Below, piece after piece: positions 1 through 12,656 of a stretch of 64,000 bases of DNA. Where the stretch lies: assembly GCA_016178725.1 (NCBI GenBank), contig JACOSV010000084.1, forward strand, positions 55,205-119,204, in the 5' to 3' direction. The notes below the pieces were generated by a model. That model was given only the letters and a program-made list of their open reading frames with translations. It had not been told where the DNA came from and ran no database searches. The stretch is from Candidatus Eiseniibacteriota bacterium (GTDB lineage: Bacteria > Eisenbacteria > RBG-16-71-46). Position 1 is the first letter of the stretch; every line of letters starts with the position of its first letter. The translations under genes and the position numbers were made by a program.

Positions 1-348
1 CGCACGCTGGGCGCCGTGAACGCATCGGATCTCGAGACGCTGCGCCAGGCGGACGCGATCTTCATCGAGGAGCTGCGCCGCGCGAAGTGGTACGACCGCA
101 CATGGCAGGCGTTCGCGGTGCTGCTCCCGGTCGCTACTGTGGGCGTCAAGGGCGACGAGCGCTCGTACGAGAAGGTGATCGCGCTGCGCGCCGTGAACAG
201 CGCCGACGGCATGACCGCCGACTGGACGCGGCTCCCGGCGTCGCTGCTCGGCCGGGTCGCCAGCCGCATCGCGAACGAAGTGCGCGGCGTCAACCGCGTC
301 GTCTACGACTGCACGAGCAAGCCGCCGGCGACGATCGAGTGGGAGTGA
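1..348 (+). CDS. guaA: GMP synthase (glutamine-hydrolysing), C-terminal fragment; 5' end lies outside the window
   Basis: Frame open from base 1. The C-terminus ...[18 protein letters not shown] matches the conserved GuaA terminus. TGA at 346-348. Confidence 0.85.
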   Translation, partial: RTLGAVNASDLETLRQADAIFIEELRRAKWYDRTWQAFAVLLPVATVGVKGDERSYEKVIALRAVNSADGMTADWTRLPASLLGRVASRIANEVRGVNRVVYDCTSKPPATIEWE

Positions 349-1001
349 TGGCGCGGACCGGCGGAACCGCAGGCGATCCGCTCGAGCCGCTGCGCAGCAC
401 GCCGTGGCTGACCGAGGCGCATCGCAAGGCGCTGCACCTCGGATTCATCGTGCTGCCGCTCATGATCCTCTATCAGCCGCTGGCGTGGCCCCGCGGCCGG
501 GCGGAGTGGCGCTGGGCCCTGATCGTCCTCACGCTCGCCGCGATCGCGGTCGATCTCGTGCGCATCCACGACCACCGCGTCGCACGCTTCTTCCGGCGCT
601 TTCTCGGCGGGCTGATCCGCGACCACGAGCAGTTCAACCTGCTCGGCTCGACCTACCTGCTGCTCGCGGCGCTGCTCGCGGTCGAGATGTTCACGCCGCG
701 CGTCGCGGCGGCGGCGCTCGGGTTCACGGTGCTGGGCGACGGGATCGCGGCGCTGGTCGGCAAGGGGTGGGGCCGGACGCGGTTCTTCGGCAAATCGCTC
801 GAGGGCGCGGCCGGCGGGCTCGTCGCGTGTCTCGCGTGGGCGGCGTGGCTCTCGCGCGCGGGCATCCTGCCGTGGCCGATCGCGATCGCCGGCGCGCTGG
901 TCGCAAGTCTCGCCGAGCTCCTGCCGATACCTCTCGACGACAACCTCGGCATGACCCTGTTCGCCGGCTTCACGATGAAGCTGCTCGGAGCCCCGTCATG
1001 A
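348..1001 (+). CDS. polytopic membrane protein of the CTP-dependent polyprenol (dolichol/phytol) kinase / CdsA-like family
   Basis: ATG overlaps the guaA stop (TGATG). Hydrophobic multi-TM sequence with a GDGIAALVGKGWGRTRFFGKSLEGAAGG motif, typical of the CTP-transferase/polyprenol kinase family. Confidence 0.6.
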   Translation: MARTGGTAGDPLEPLRSTPWLTEAHRKALHLGFIVLPLMILYQPLAWPRGRAEWRWALIVLTLAAIAVDLVRIHDHRVARFFRRFLGGLIRDHEQFNLLGSTYLLLAALLAVEMFTPRVAAAALGFTVLGDGIAALVGKGWGRTRFFGKSLEGAAGGLVACLAWAAWLSRAGILPWPIAIAGALVASLAELLPIPLDDNLGMTLFAGFTMKLLGAPS

Positions 1002-1930
1002 GCCCACGCCCGCAGCCGTCGTCCGACGCGCCGTTCGACGCGGCGCTCGCGCTCGCGCGCGCCCGCCGCTTCGACGAGGCGCTCTCCGCGCTGCGTCGGG
1101 CCGCGGGGGCGGGGAGCCGTCACGCCGACGCGGCGCTCGCGTTCGCCGAGCTCGCGCGCACGGCCGAGGAATCCGGCGCCGCGCGCCACGCGCTCGAAGC
1201 GCTCGACGCCGCGACCGCGCTCGCGCCCGGTTACGCCGACCTCCACTACCGCCGCGGCTGCGCCCTGATCACGGCGCAGCGCCACGCGGATGCGCGCGCC
1301 GCGTTCGACCGCGCGCTCGCGATCAACCCCCGCTACGCCGCCGCCCGGCTCGAGCGCGCGTTGCTCGATGCGCGCGACGGCCGGCTCGCCGAGGCGCTGG
1401 CGGCCCTGCGCGCGCTCGACGAGGAGCGGCGCGTCGAGGAGCCCGCGGCGTTCCAGCGTGGGCTCAAGAGCCTCGAGCGCGCGGACTGGGAGGAGGCCGG
1501 CGCGCTGCTCAAGTCGGCGCTCAGGCTTTCGGACCCCGTGCTCGATTCCTTGATCGCGCGCCATCAGGCGCTCATCGGCCAGGGCGAGCACGTCGAGGCG
1601 CGGCGCGCGCTGCGCGAGGCGGTGACCGCGCACCCGGAGTACCCCGATCTCCACTACCTGCTCGGCTGCTGCGAGCTCGAGAGCGGTTTCATCGACGACG
1701 CGATCGCCTCGTTCGCGCGGGCGCTCGAGCTCCATCCCGACTACCACGCCGCGCGCGTCCAGTTCGCGCGCGCGCTCGAGGCGATCGGCGACCTCGCGCA
1801 GGCGGGGGATCAGGTCGCGCTGGTGCTCGATGCCGATCCGGCGCACGGGCAGGCGCTCGAGCTCGAGCAGCGCTGGTCACGCCGGCGCACGCCCGCGGCC
1901 CCGCAACAAGGGCCGCGCAAACGCCCTTGA
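998..1930 (+). CDS. TPR-repeat protein
   Basis: ATGA overlap with the upstream gene. Repeated Ala/Leu/Arg-rich helical hairpins with the TPR signature (AxxxYxxxG/A...P). Confidence 0.6.
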   Translation: MSPRPQPSSDAPFDAALALARARRFDEALSALRRAAGAGSRHADAALAFAELARTAEESGAARHALEALDAATALAPGYADLHYRRGCALITAQRHADARAAFDRALAINPRYAAARLERALLDARDGRLAEALAALRALDEERRVEEPAAFQRGLKSLERADWEEAGALLKSALRLSDPVLDSLIARHQALIGQGEHVEARRALREAVTAHPEYPDLHYLLGCCELESGFIDDAIASFARALELHPDYHAARVQFARALEAIGDLAQAGDQVALVLDADPAHGQALELEQRWSRRRTPAAPQQGPRKRP

Positions 1931-2008
1931 CCGCGCCGCCCGGAGCCGCCAACCTCTGGCCGTCGTCCGGGCTCGGTTCGAGGTTCTAGCGGCCAGGGAG
2001 GAAGACCC

Positions 2009-2209
2009 ATGGCGCGTGGTACGGTCAAATGGTTCAACGACCGCAAGGGCTACGGTTTCATCACCGCGGAGGGGCAGCCGGACGTGTTCGTCCATTTCTC
2101 CGCGATCCAGGGCAACGGGTTCCGAACGCTTCACGAGGGAGAGAACGTCGAGTTCGACATCAAGGCGAGCGAGCGGGGCGCCGAAGCCTCGCACGTGATC
2201 AAAGTCTGA
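2009..2209 (+). CDS. cspA: cold-shock protein, CspA family
   Basis: 66 aa beginning [18 protein letters not shown]...VFVHFSAI (RNP1/RNP2 motifs). GGGAGGA RBS 7 nt upstream of the ATG. Confidence 0.92.
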   Translation: MARGTVKWFNDRKGYGFITAEGQPDVFVHFSAIQGNGFRTLHEGENVEFDIKASERGAEASHVIKV

Positions 2210-2230
2210 CGCGACACGCCCGGACACCAC

Positions 2231-2267
2231 GCGGCCCGATGCTCGAGCATCGGGCCGCGTTGCTTAT
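2231..2267 (+). terminator. putative intrinsic terminator downstream of cspA
   Basis: Perfect inverted repeat GCGGCCCGATGCTC/GAGCATCGGGCCGC followed by GTTGCTTAT. Confidence 0.5.
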
Positions 2268-2321
2268 CCCCGGTACCGGCGCGGAACCGGTTTGCTTGAC
2301 ACCCCATCTATATTGCTGCCC

Positions 2322-5338
<3,017 letters not shown>

Positions 5339-5342
<4 letters not shown>

Positions 5343-5602
5343 ACGACGACGTCGCGGTGGAACCGGTGCAGAAGCTGCTGGGGATCGTCGCCGAGCATCT
5401 GGAGCAATGGCTCGACGGCGACGAGCTCGCGCTCGAGCGTCTCGGCGAGGCGCTGCAGGAGCACGGCGCGAGCGGCGAGCAGATGCAGGCCGCGATCCTC
5501 ACGCTGCGCAGCCTCGCCGGCGCGCCGGTGGACACCGGCGTCGGCGCCACGCGGGATGCGTCGTTCGACGAAGGAGCCGCCGATGGCGAACTCGCGCACT
5601 GA
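5339..5602 (+). CDS. small acidic hypothetical protein
   Basis: ATGA overlap with the secA stop. Strong GC3 codon bias. No recognisable family. Confidence 0.4.
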
Positions 5603-5828
5603 CCGCCGCGCGGCGCCCGGTGCGAAGACCGGCACGCCCGCGCGGACCGGAAAGCCCGCGGGACCCACGCGGACTGGAAAGCCCGCAGCGTCCGCGCGGA
5701 CCGCGAAGCCCGCCGCGGCGCCGGCGAAGCGTGCGCCCGCGAAGACGGCGAAGACGGCGAGGACCGGGAAGGCGCCGGCCCGTGCGGCGGCGAAGACCGC
5801 CGCCGCGACCGACGGCCGCCTGCGCTAG
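5583..5828 (+). CDS. Lys/Ala/Pro-rich histone H1-like (HC1/AlgP-type) basic protein
   Basis: Strong AAGGAG RBS 6 nt upstream of the ATG at 5583. Tandem KPAA/TGKPA-type repeats, very basic. Ends at TAG 5826-5828, which is in frame with topA. Confidence 0.6.
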   Translation: MANSRTDRRAAPGAKTGTPARTGKPAGPTRTGKPAASARTAKPAAAPAKRAPAKTAKTARTGKAPARAAAKTAAATDGRLR

Positions 5829-8147
5829 CTGGTCATCGTCGAGTCGCCGACCAAGTCGCGCACGCTGACCAAGTTCCTCGGCCGCGGGTTCTCGGTGCTG
5901 GCCTCCAACGGTCACATCATGGATCTGCCGAAGAGCGAGCTGGGGGTCGACGTCGAGAACGACTTCGAGCCCCAGTACGTGCCGATCCAGGGCAAGACGA
6001 ACGCGCTCGCCAAGATCAAGGCCGCGGCGAAGACCGCCGACCGCATCTTCCTCGCGCCCGATCCCGATCGCGAGGGCGAGGCGATCGCCTGGCATCTCGC
6101 CGGCGCGCTCAAGAGCGCGAAACGGCCGATCGCGCGCCTCACGTTCAACGAGATCACCGAGCGCGCGGTGAAGCAGGCGCTCGAGCGGCCGCGCGACCTC
6201 GACATGAACCTCGTCAACGCGCAGCAGGCGCGCCGCGTGCTCGACCGCCTCGTGGGTTACAAGGTGAGCCCGTTCGTGTGGCGCACGGTGCGCTACGGGC
6301 TCTCGGCGGGGCGCGTGCAGAGTGTCGCGCTGCGCCTGATCTGCGAGCGCGAGGATCAGATCCGGACCTTCGTCTCCGAGGAGTACTGGACGATCGAGGT
6401 CGACTACGAGACTCCGAGTCGGGAACGCTTCACGGCGCGGCTCGTGCGGGTCGGCGAGACCGACCTCGAGAACGGCCAGCTGCGTGGCGACGACGTCGAG
6501 CGCCGCGCGCGCGATCTCGCCGCCGAGCTGCGCGGCGCGCCGGCGCGGATCGTGAGCGTCGAGACCACGCCGCGCTCGGTGCACCCGCGCGCGCCGTTCA
6601 TCACCAGCACGCTCCAGCAGACGGCGTTCAACCGGCTCGGCTACACCGCCAAGCGCACGATGGCGCTTGCGCAACAGCTCTACGAAGGCGTCCGTCTCGG
6701 CGCCGAGGGCAGCCTCGGCCTCATCACCTACATGCGTACCGACGCGCCGCGGCTCGCCGGCGAGGCGATCGCCGAGATCCGCGGCTGGCTCGCGGCGCAT
6801 CTCGGCGCCGACTACGTGCCCGAGTCGCCGCGCCAGTACAAGAGCAAGAAGGGCGCGCAAGAGGCGCACGAGGCCATCCGGCCGTCGTCGATCGAGCGCA
6901 CACCCGAATCGCTGCGCCCGTATCTCACCGACGAGCAGTTCAAGCTCTACGATCTGATCTGGAAGCGCGCGGTCGCGTCGCAGACCGCATCGGCCGAGTA
7001 CCTCCAGACCACGCTTGAGGTCGAGTCCGGCCGGCTCGGACTGCGCGCGAGCGGACGCGTGCTCAAGTTCCCGGGTTTCCAGCGGCTCTACGGCATCGAC
7101 GAGGACGACGAGGCCGGCGAGTCACGGCTCCCCGAGGTCGCTCCGGAGACGGCGCTCACCGTGGCGAAGGAGGCACTGCGGGCGGCGAGGCCCGCGCCCG
7201 CCGGCGAGGGCGCGACGCCCGCGGGCGCCGCGGGCGAAGGCGATGGCGCGCCGCTCGAGCCGGTGCGCCCCGAGCAGCACTTCACGCAGCCGCCGCCGCG
7301 CTACACCGAGGCGTCGCTCGTGCGCACGCTCGAAGAGGAGAACATCGGCCGGCCGAGCACGTACGCGACGATCGTCACCACCATCACCGGCCGAGACTAC
7401 GTGAACCGCGACAAGGGCCGGCTCGCGCCCACCGATCTCGGCGAGGCGGTGAACCGCCTGCTGGTCTCGACGTTCCCGGACGTGTTCGAGGTGGCGTTCA
7501 CCGCGCGCATGGAGGAGGAGCTGGACGAGATCGAAGAGGGCAAGCAGGAGTGGCACCGCGTCGTGCACGACTTCTGGGCGCCGTTCAGCCGCGACCTCGA
7601 GAAGGCCGAGCAGTCGAGCCAGAAGCACCGCAAGAAGGTCGAGGAGACCACGGACATCCCGTGCCCGAACTGCGGCAAGATGCTGGTGAAGAAGTTCGGG
7701 CGCCGCGGCCCGTTCCTCGCCTGCCCCGGCTACCCTGAGTGCAAGTACACGCGCCCGGTGGACGACGCGGAGCTGCCGACGCCGGTCGAAGGGACGTGCG
7801 ACCTGTGCGGCGCGCCGCTCGTGTCGCGCAACGGACCGTTCGGGCGATTCATCTCGTGCTCGCGCAGGCCCGACTGCAAGTTCACGAAGCCGATCACGCT
7901 CGGCATCGCCTGCCCCGACTGCGGCAAGGGCGAGATCGCCGAGCGCCGGACGCGGCGCGGCAAGACGTTCTACGGATGCACGCGGTATCCCGAATGCACG
8001 TTCGCCGCCTGGGACAAGCCACGGATGGTGCCCTGCCCGAACTGTGGAGCGCCGTTCCTGGTCGAGAAGGAGACCAAGAAGAGTGGTCTCGTCCTGCGCT
8101 GCCTCAAGTGCAAGTCGCAGTTCTCGCCGGAAACGGTCGGTGCGTGA
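5829..8147 (+). CDS. topA: DNA topoisomerase I; no canonical start codon, as the first sense codon after the in-frame TAG is CTG of LVIVESP
   Basis: TOPRIM motif LVIVESPTKSRT...DPDREGE. Three to four C-terminal C4 zinc ribbons (CPNCG...CPGYPEC...). The first ATG/GTG (5895) lies inside the TOPRIM domain and would remove the catalytic Glu. Confidence 0.85.
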   Translation: MVIVESPTKSRTLTKFLGRGFSVLASNGHIMDLPKSELGVDVENDFEPQYVPIQGKTNALAKIKAAAKTADRIFLAPDPDREGEAIAWHLAGALKSAKRPIARLTFNEITERAVKQALERPRDLDMNLVNAQQARRVLDRLVGYKVSPFVWRTVRYGLSAGRVQSVALRLICEREDQIRTFVSEEYWTIEVDYETPSRERFTARLVRVGETDLENGQLRGDDVERRARDLAAELRGAPARIVSVETTPRSVHPRAPFITSTLQQTAFNRLGYTAKRTMALAQQLYEGVRLGAEGSLGLITYMRTDAPRLAGEAIAEIRGWLAAHLGADYVPESPRQYKSKKGAQEAHEAIRPSSIERTPESLRPYLTDEQFKLYDLIWKRAVASQTASAEYLQTTLEVESGRLGLRASGRVLKFPGFQRLYGIDEDDEAGESRLPEVAPETALTVAKEALRAARPAPAGEGATPAGAAGEGDGAPLEPVRPEQHFTQPPPRYTEASLVRTLEEENIGRPSTYATIVTTITGRDYVNRDKGRLAPTDLGEAVNRLLVSTFPDVFEVAFTARMEEELDEIEEGKQEWHRVVHDFWAPFSRDLEKAEQSSQKHRKKVEETTDIPCPNCGKMLVKKFGRRGPFLACPGYPECKYTRPVDDAELPTPVEGTCDLCGAPLVSRNGPFGRFISCSRRPDCKFTKPITLGIACPDCGKGEIAERRTRRGKTFYGCTRYPECTFAAWDKPRMVPCPNCGAPFLVEKETKKSGLVLRCLKCKSQFSPETVGA

Positions 8148-9021
8148 CGCGCTCGAGCGGTTCCTGACCGAACTCGAGGCGCAGCGTCGCGCCTCGCCGC
8201 ACACCGTCGCCGCCTACCGCCGCGAGGTCGCCCGCGTGCTGGACCGCGCCGCGGGCCCGGGCAAGCCGATGGCGCCCGCCCTGTGGACCCGCGAGCTGCT
8301 CGAGCGCACGATGCGTGAGCTCTATCGCGACGGGCTCGGCGCGGCGAGCGCCGCGCGCGCGCTCGCGGCGTGGCGCAGCTTCTCGCGTTTCTGCGTGCGG
8401 CGCGACATCCTCGCGGGCGATCCGGCGCGCGCGTTGCCGTTCCCGCGTCTGCCGCGCCGCCTGCCGCGCACGTTGCCGCGCCACGATCTCGGCCGCGCGC
8501 TCGACCGCATGGCGGGCGGCGACGCCGCGAGCCTGCGCGATCGCGCGCTGCTCGAGCTCGCCTACTCGTCGGGATTGCGTCTCGCCGAGCTGGTGGGATT
8601 GAACCACGGGGATCTCGATCGCGCGCGCGGGCTGCTGCGGGTGCGCGGCAAGGGCCGGCGCGAGCGCATCGTCCCGGCGGGCGGCGAGGCCCTCGCGGCG
8701 CTCGACCGCTACCGCGCCTCGCTGGGCGGCGCGGCGGCGCCGGGATCGCCGGTGTTCGTCAACGTGCGCGGCGAGCGGCTCTCGGGGCGCACGGTGCAAC
8801 GCGTGGTCAAGCGCCGCCTCGCCGAGGTCGCGAGCGGGCTGGGCGTCACGCCGCACGCGCTGCGCCACTCGTTCGCGAGCCATCTGCTCGATGGGGGCGC
8901 GGACCTGCGCGCGATCCAGGAGCTGCTCGGGCATCGCTCGCTCACCTCGACGCAGGTCTACACGCACGTCTCGGGGAGTCGGATACGCAAGGCGTATCAG
9001 CAGGCTCATCCGCGGGCATGA
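8140..9021 (+). CDS. xerC: tyrosine site-specific recombinase XerC
   Basis: GTG start overlapping the topA stop. Catalytic R...HxxR...Y C-terminus (HALRHSFASHLL...GHRSLTSTQVYTHV). The dapF linkage mirrors the E. coli dapF-xerC neighbourhood. Confidence 0.8.
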   Translation: MRDALERFLTELEAQRRASPHTVAAYRREVARVLDRAAGPGKPMAPALWTRELLERTMRELYRDGLGAASAARALAAWRSFSRFCVRRDILAGDPARALPFPRLPRRLPRTLPRHDLGRALDRMAGGDAASLRDRALLELAYSSGLRLAELVGLNHGDLDRARGLLRVRGKGRRERIVPAGGEALAALDRYRASLGGAAAPGSPVFVNVRGERLSGRTVQRVVKRRLAEVASGLGVTPHALRHSFASHLLDGGADLRAIQELLGHRSLTSTQVYTHVSGSRIRKAYQQAHPRA

Positions 9022-10097
9022 GACGCTCGACGCAGCCGATCGGGCCGCGGCGACCCACGCTCTCTGCGGTATGCCCGCCCGTCCTCCTGCTCGCGCTGCT
9101 CGTCCTCGCATCCTGCGCCAAGAAGGGTGCGCCGACGGGAGGGCCGCCGGACATCGAGCCGCCGCGGTTCATCGGCTCGGTCCCCGATTCCGGCGCCGCC
9201 GGCGTCCCGCGCGACGCCCGCATCACGCTCTCGTTCAGCGAGCCGATGGAGCCGCGCGGGACCGGCGACGCCGTGGCGCTCGCGCCGCGCATCGCGATCA
9301 AGGAGCGGCACTGGAGCCGCCACGCCGTCACGCTGGTGCTCGCCGAATCGCTCGCCGCGAACCACAGCTACACCGTGTTCCTGGGCGGCGGCGCGCGCGA
9401 TCTGCATGGCAACGCGCTGGCCGGCCGCTCGACGCTGGTGTTCACCACCGCGCCGACCCTGCCGCCCGGCGTGCTCGAAGGCCGGATCGAGGCGCGCGGG
9501 TTCAGCGCCGGCGGCACGTACGTCTGGTGCTACGACGCCGCGACGGGCCACGAGCCCGACAGCACCGCGCGCGACTTCGACGCTGTCGGGATCACCGACG
9601 CCGAGGGCCAGTTTCGCGTCGTCGGGCTGATGGTCCCCGGGCGCTACCGGCTCTGGGTGTTCGCCGACCTCAACAACAACCGCTCGTTCGAGCCGCAGAG
9701 CGACATCCTCGCGCCGGTGGACACCGTGTTCACGCTCGGGACCGACCATCCCGCGCTCTCCGGGTTCGCGGTGACGGTGGTCAACCCGCGCGCGCCGGGG
9801 CGCATCCGGGGCGCTGTGCTAGACTCGCTCGGCAGCCGCGAAGGAACGCTGGCGATCGTCGCGGTCGCGGCCGACGACAGCACGCGGCGCGTGCCCGGCA
9901 TCGTCGACGACCAGGGTGCGTTCAATCTGGAGCTCGCCGCCGGCACGTGGATCCTGCGGGCGTGGCGCGACGTCGATCGCAGCCGCACCTGGCAGCCTGC
10001 CACCGAGCCGGCCAGCGCGCCGCAGCGCTTCGTCGTCCCGCCGGCCGGCGACATCGTCGAGGTGAAGCTGGTGCTCGTGCGACCGGGCGGCCGGTGA
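9018..10097 (+). CDS. lipoprotein with Ig-like (Big/SbsA-Ig type) domain
   Basis: ATGA overlap with xerC. Signal peptide plus lipobox LASC. Beta-rich sequence. Confidence 0.55.
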   Translation: MRRSTQPIGPRRPTLSAVCPPVLLLALLVLASCAKKGAPTGGPPDIEPPRFIGSVPDSGAAGVPRDARITLSFSEPMEPRGTGDAVALAPRIAIKERHWSRHAVTLVLAESLAANHSYTVFLGGGARDLHGNALAGRSTLVFTTAPTLPPGVLEGRIEARGFSAGGTYVWCYDAATGHEPDSTARDFDAVGITDAEGQFRVVGLMVPGRYRLWVFADLNNNRSFEPQSDILAPVDTVFTLGTDHPALSGFAVTVVNPRAPGRIRGAVLDSLGSREGTLAIVAVAADDSTRRVPGIVDDQGAFNLELAAGTWILRAWRDVDRSRTWQPATEPASAPQRFVVPPAGDIVEVKLVLVRPGGR

Positions 10098-10104
10098 GGT
10101 CCCG

Positions 10105-10959
10105 ATGACGATCCGCTTCGTGAAGATGCACGGCGCCGCCAACGATTTCGTCGTGATCGACCATCGCGCGCCGTTCCTGCCCGAGGACGAGGCCGCGCGC
10201 ATGGCGCTCGTGCGGCGGCTGTGCGACCGGCGCCGCGGCGTCGGCGCCGACGGCGTGCTGCTGCTCGATCGCGACCAGGATCACGACTTCGCGATGCGCT
10301 ACTTCAACGCCGACGGCGGCGCCGCGGACTTCTGCGGCAACGGTGCGCGCTGCCTCGCGCGCTTCGCGCTGGACCTCGGCCTCGGCCGGGCGGGCGAGGT
10401 GCGCTTCGCGACGCCGGTCGGCGCGATGCGCGCGCGGCGCGGCGCCGACGGAGCGATCGAGGTCGCGGTGGGCGAGGTGGACGGGGCGGGCGCGGTCGAG
10501 ACGGTCGCCGCCGCCGGCCGCGAGTTCGCCGGGCGCGCGTCGCGGCCCGGCGTGCCGCACTTCGTCGTGCCGGTCGACCGCCTCGAGCAGGCGCCGGTCG
10601 CGGAATGGGGCGCGGCGCTCCGCCGGCACCCGCGCTTCGCGCCCGAGGGCGCGAACGTGGACTTCGTGACGCGGCTCGGCGCGGGGCGCGTGGCGATACG
10701 CACGTACGAGCGCGGCGTCGAGGGCGAGACGCTGGCGTGCGGGAGCGGGGCGATCGCCGCGGCGCTGTGGGCCGTGGCCGAGGGCGAGCGGCCGCCGATC
10801 GCGGTGCGCACGGCAGGCGGCGACGAGCTGCAGGTGGGGCTGACGCCGCATCGTGCGGGCTGGGAGGCGAGCCTCGGCGGACCGACGGCGATCGCGTATC
10901 GCGGTGAGTGGACCGAACCGGCCGGAGTCGCGTCGGCGGCGACCGGCGCTCCGGCATAG
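10105..10959 (+). CDS. dapF: diaminopimelate epimerase
   Basis: MTIRFVKMHGAANDFVVID...CGNGARC...CGSGAIAAA: the two catalytic Cys motifs of DapF. Confidence 0.9.
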   Translation: MTIRFVKMHGAANDFVVIDHRAPFLPEDEAARMALVRRLCDRRRGVGADGVLLLDRDQDHDFAMRYFNADGGAADFCGNGARCLARFALDLGLGRAGEVRFATPVGAMRARRGADGAIEVAVGEVDGAGAVETVAAAGREFAGRASRPGVPHFVVPVDRLEQAPVAEWGAALRRHPRFAPEGANVDFVTRLGAGRVAIRTYERGVEGETLACGSGAIAAALWAVAEGERPPIAVRTAGGDELQVGLTPHRAGWEASLGGPTAIAYRGEWTEPAGVASAATGAPA

Positions 10960-10967
10960 GAGGGACG

Positions 10968-11861
10968 ATGTTCGACGGCATGACGGTGGCGATGGTGACG
11001 CCCTTTCGCAAGGGGGCGGTGGATCTCGAGGCGACCGGCCGGTTGATCGATTTCCTGATCGAGGGCGGCACCGAGTGCATCGTGATCTCGGGCTCGACCG
11101 GCGAGGCGGCGACCTGCACCGTCGACGAGCGCCGCGCGCTGTGGCGATTCGCGAAGGAGCGCGCGCGCGGCCGCGTGCCGCTCGTGGCCGGGACCGGTAC
11201 CAACAACACCGCCGAGAGCATCGCGCTCACGCGCATGGCCGAGGAACTCGGCCTCGACGGGGCGATGATCGTGACGCCGTTCTACAACAAGCCGACGCCC
11301 AAGGGGCAGATCGCGCACTTCACCACGGTGGCGAAGAGCACGCGGCTCCCGCTCATCCTCTACAACGTGCCCGGGCGCACCGCCACCAACACGATGCCCG
11401 AGACGTTCGAGCAGGTGCAGGGCATCACGAACATCGTCGCGGTGAAGGAGGCCTCGGGCAGCCTCGATCAGGCGAGCGCGATCCGCGCCCGCACGTCGCT
11501 CACGCTGCTCTCGGGCGACGACTCGCTGACGCTGCCGATGATCGCGGTCGGCGCGTCCGGCATCATCTCGGTCGCCGGCAACGCCGCGCCGCGCGCGATG
11601 CGCACGCTGACCGACCACGCGCGCGCCGGGCGCCTCGCCGAGGCCGAGCAGTCGCACCGCACGCTGCTGCCGCTCTTCCGCGCGCTGTTCGTCGAGTCGA
11701 ACCCCGGTCCGGTCAAGTTCCTGCTCTCGGCGATGGGGCTGATCGAGAACGAGCTGCGCCTGCCGCTGGTCCCGGTGGAGCCGGCGACCGAGAAGACCGT
11801 GCTCGCGGCCGCGACCGTCGCCGGGATCGCGCTGCCGGACCTCGCGCGGGCGCGGGCGTGA
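10968..11861 (+). CDS. dapA: 4-hydroxy-tetrahydrodipicolinate synthase
   Basis: MFDGMTVAMVTPF...GTTGE...LYNVPGRT DHDPS family motifs. Confidence 0.9.
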   Translation: MFDGMTVAMVTPFRKGAVDLEATGRLIDFLIEGGTECIVISGSTGEAATCTVDERRALWRFAKERARGRVPLVAGTGTNNTAESIALTRMAEELGLDGAMIVTPFYNKPTPKGQIAHFTTVAKSTRLPLILYNVPGRTATNTMPETFEQVQGITNIVAVKEASGSLDQASAIRARTSLTLLSGDDSLTLPMIAVGASGIISVAGNAAPRAMRTLTDHARAGRLAEAEQSHRTLLPLFRALFVESNPGPVKFLLSAMGLIENELRLPLVPVEPATEKTVLAAATVAGIALPDLARARA

Positions 11862-12643
11862 CGGAGATCGTCCTCGTCGGCGCTGCCGGCCGCATGGGAC
11901 GGGCGATCACCGAGGCGCTCGCGGGCGCCTCGGATCTCGCGCTCAAGGCGAGCGTCGAGCGCGGCGAAGCGATCCCGCCCGGCGCGGGGCGGACGTGGTC
12001 GAACGACCTCGGCGCCGCGGTCGCCGGCGGCGACGTGGTCGTCGAGTTCAGCACGCCGGGCGTCGCGGTCGCCGCGGCGCGGCTCTGCGCCGAGCGCGGC
12101 GCGGCGCTGGTCTCGGGCACCACCGGCCTCGACGCGGACGCCGAGCGCGCAATCCGCGACGCCGCCGCGCGGGTCGCCGTCGTACGCGCGGCGAACTTCA
12201 GCCTCGGCGTCCTGGCGCTGCGCCGCGCGCTCGAGGCCGCGCTGGCCGCGCTGCCGCCGAGCTGGGACATCGAGATCGTCGAGCGCCATCATCGCGGCAA
12301 GCAGGACGCCCCCTCGGGCACGGCGCTGATGCTCGGGCGGCAGGCAGTCGAGCGCCGCGGCTACGCGGCGGCGGCGCTGCGCACCGGCCGGACCGGCCGC
12401 GGCCTGCGCCCGCGCGAAGAGGTCGCGATCCACTCGCTGCGCGGCGGCACCTGGATCGGCGACCACGCCGTGGTGATCGCCGGGGCGGGGGAGTGGCTCG
12501 AGCTGCGGCACGTGGCCGAGGATCGCGCGGCGTTCGCGAACGGCGTGCTGGCCGCCGCGCGTTTCGTGGCCGGCGCGTCGCCCGGCCTCTATACTCTCGA
12601 GCACGTCGCGGGGGCCGCCGCCGGAGCCGCGGCGTCGGGGTGA
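11858..12643 (+). CDS. dapB: 4-hydroxy-tetrahydrodipicolinate reductase
   Basis: GTGA overlap with dapA. N-terminal Rossmann motif VGAAGRMGR. Conserved ERHHRGKQDAPSGTA motif. Confidence 0.9.
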   Translation: MTEIVLVGAAGRMGRAITEALAGASDLALKASVERGEAIPPGAGRTWSNDLGAAVAGGDVVVEFSTPGVAVAAARLCAERGAALVSGTTGLDADAERAIRDAAARVAVVRAANFSLGVLALRRALEAALAALPPSWDIEIVERHHRGKQDAPSGTALMLGRQAVERRGYAAAALRTGRTGRGLRPREEVAIHSLRGGTWIGDHAVVIAGAGEWLELRHVAEDRAAFANGVLAAARFVAGASPGLYTLEHVAGAAAGAAASG

Positions 12644-12656
12644 TTTCGGAGAGGGT

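Noticed and set aside
653-1846. Long opposite-strand ORFs throughout the window (for example 653-1846 -, 2199-3593 -, 3624-5306 -, 5499-6869 -, 13725-15458 -, 29761-32352 +, 32736-35243 +, 35326-37296 +, 37266-39242 +, 42636-44099 -, 59321-61345 +)
   Set aside because: These are Arg/Ala/Pro/Gly-rich low-complexity translations mirroring real genes on the other strand, the usual artefact of ~70% GC DNA. They have no motifs or RBS, and they fully overlap well-supported genes.
5556-5582. ATG at 5556 as the start of the Lys/Ala-rich protein
   Set aside because: The ATG at 5583 is preceded at ideal spacing by a strong AAGGAG Shine-Dalgarno. 5556 has none and would add an atypical acidic N-terminus.
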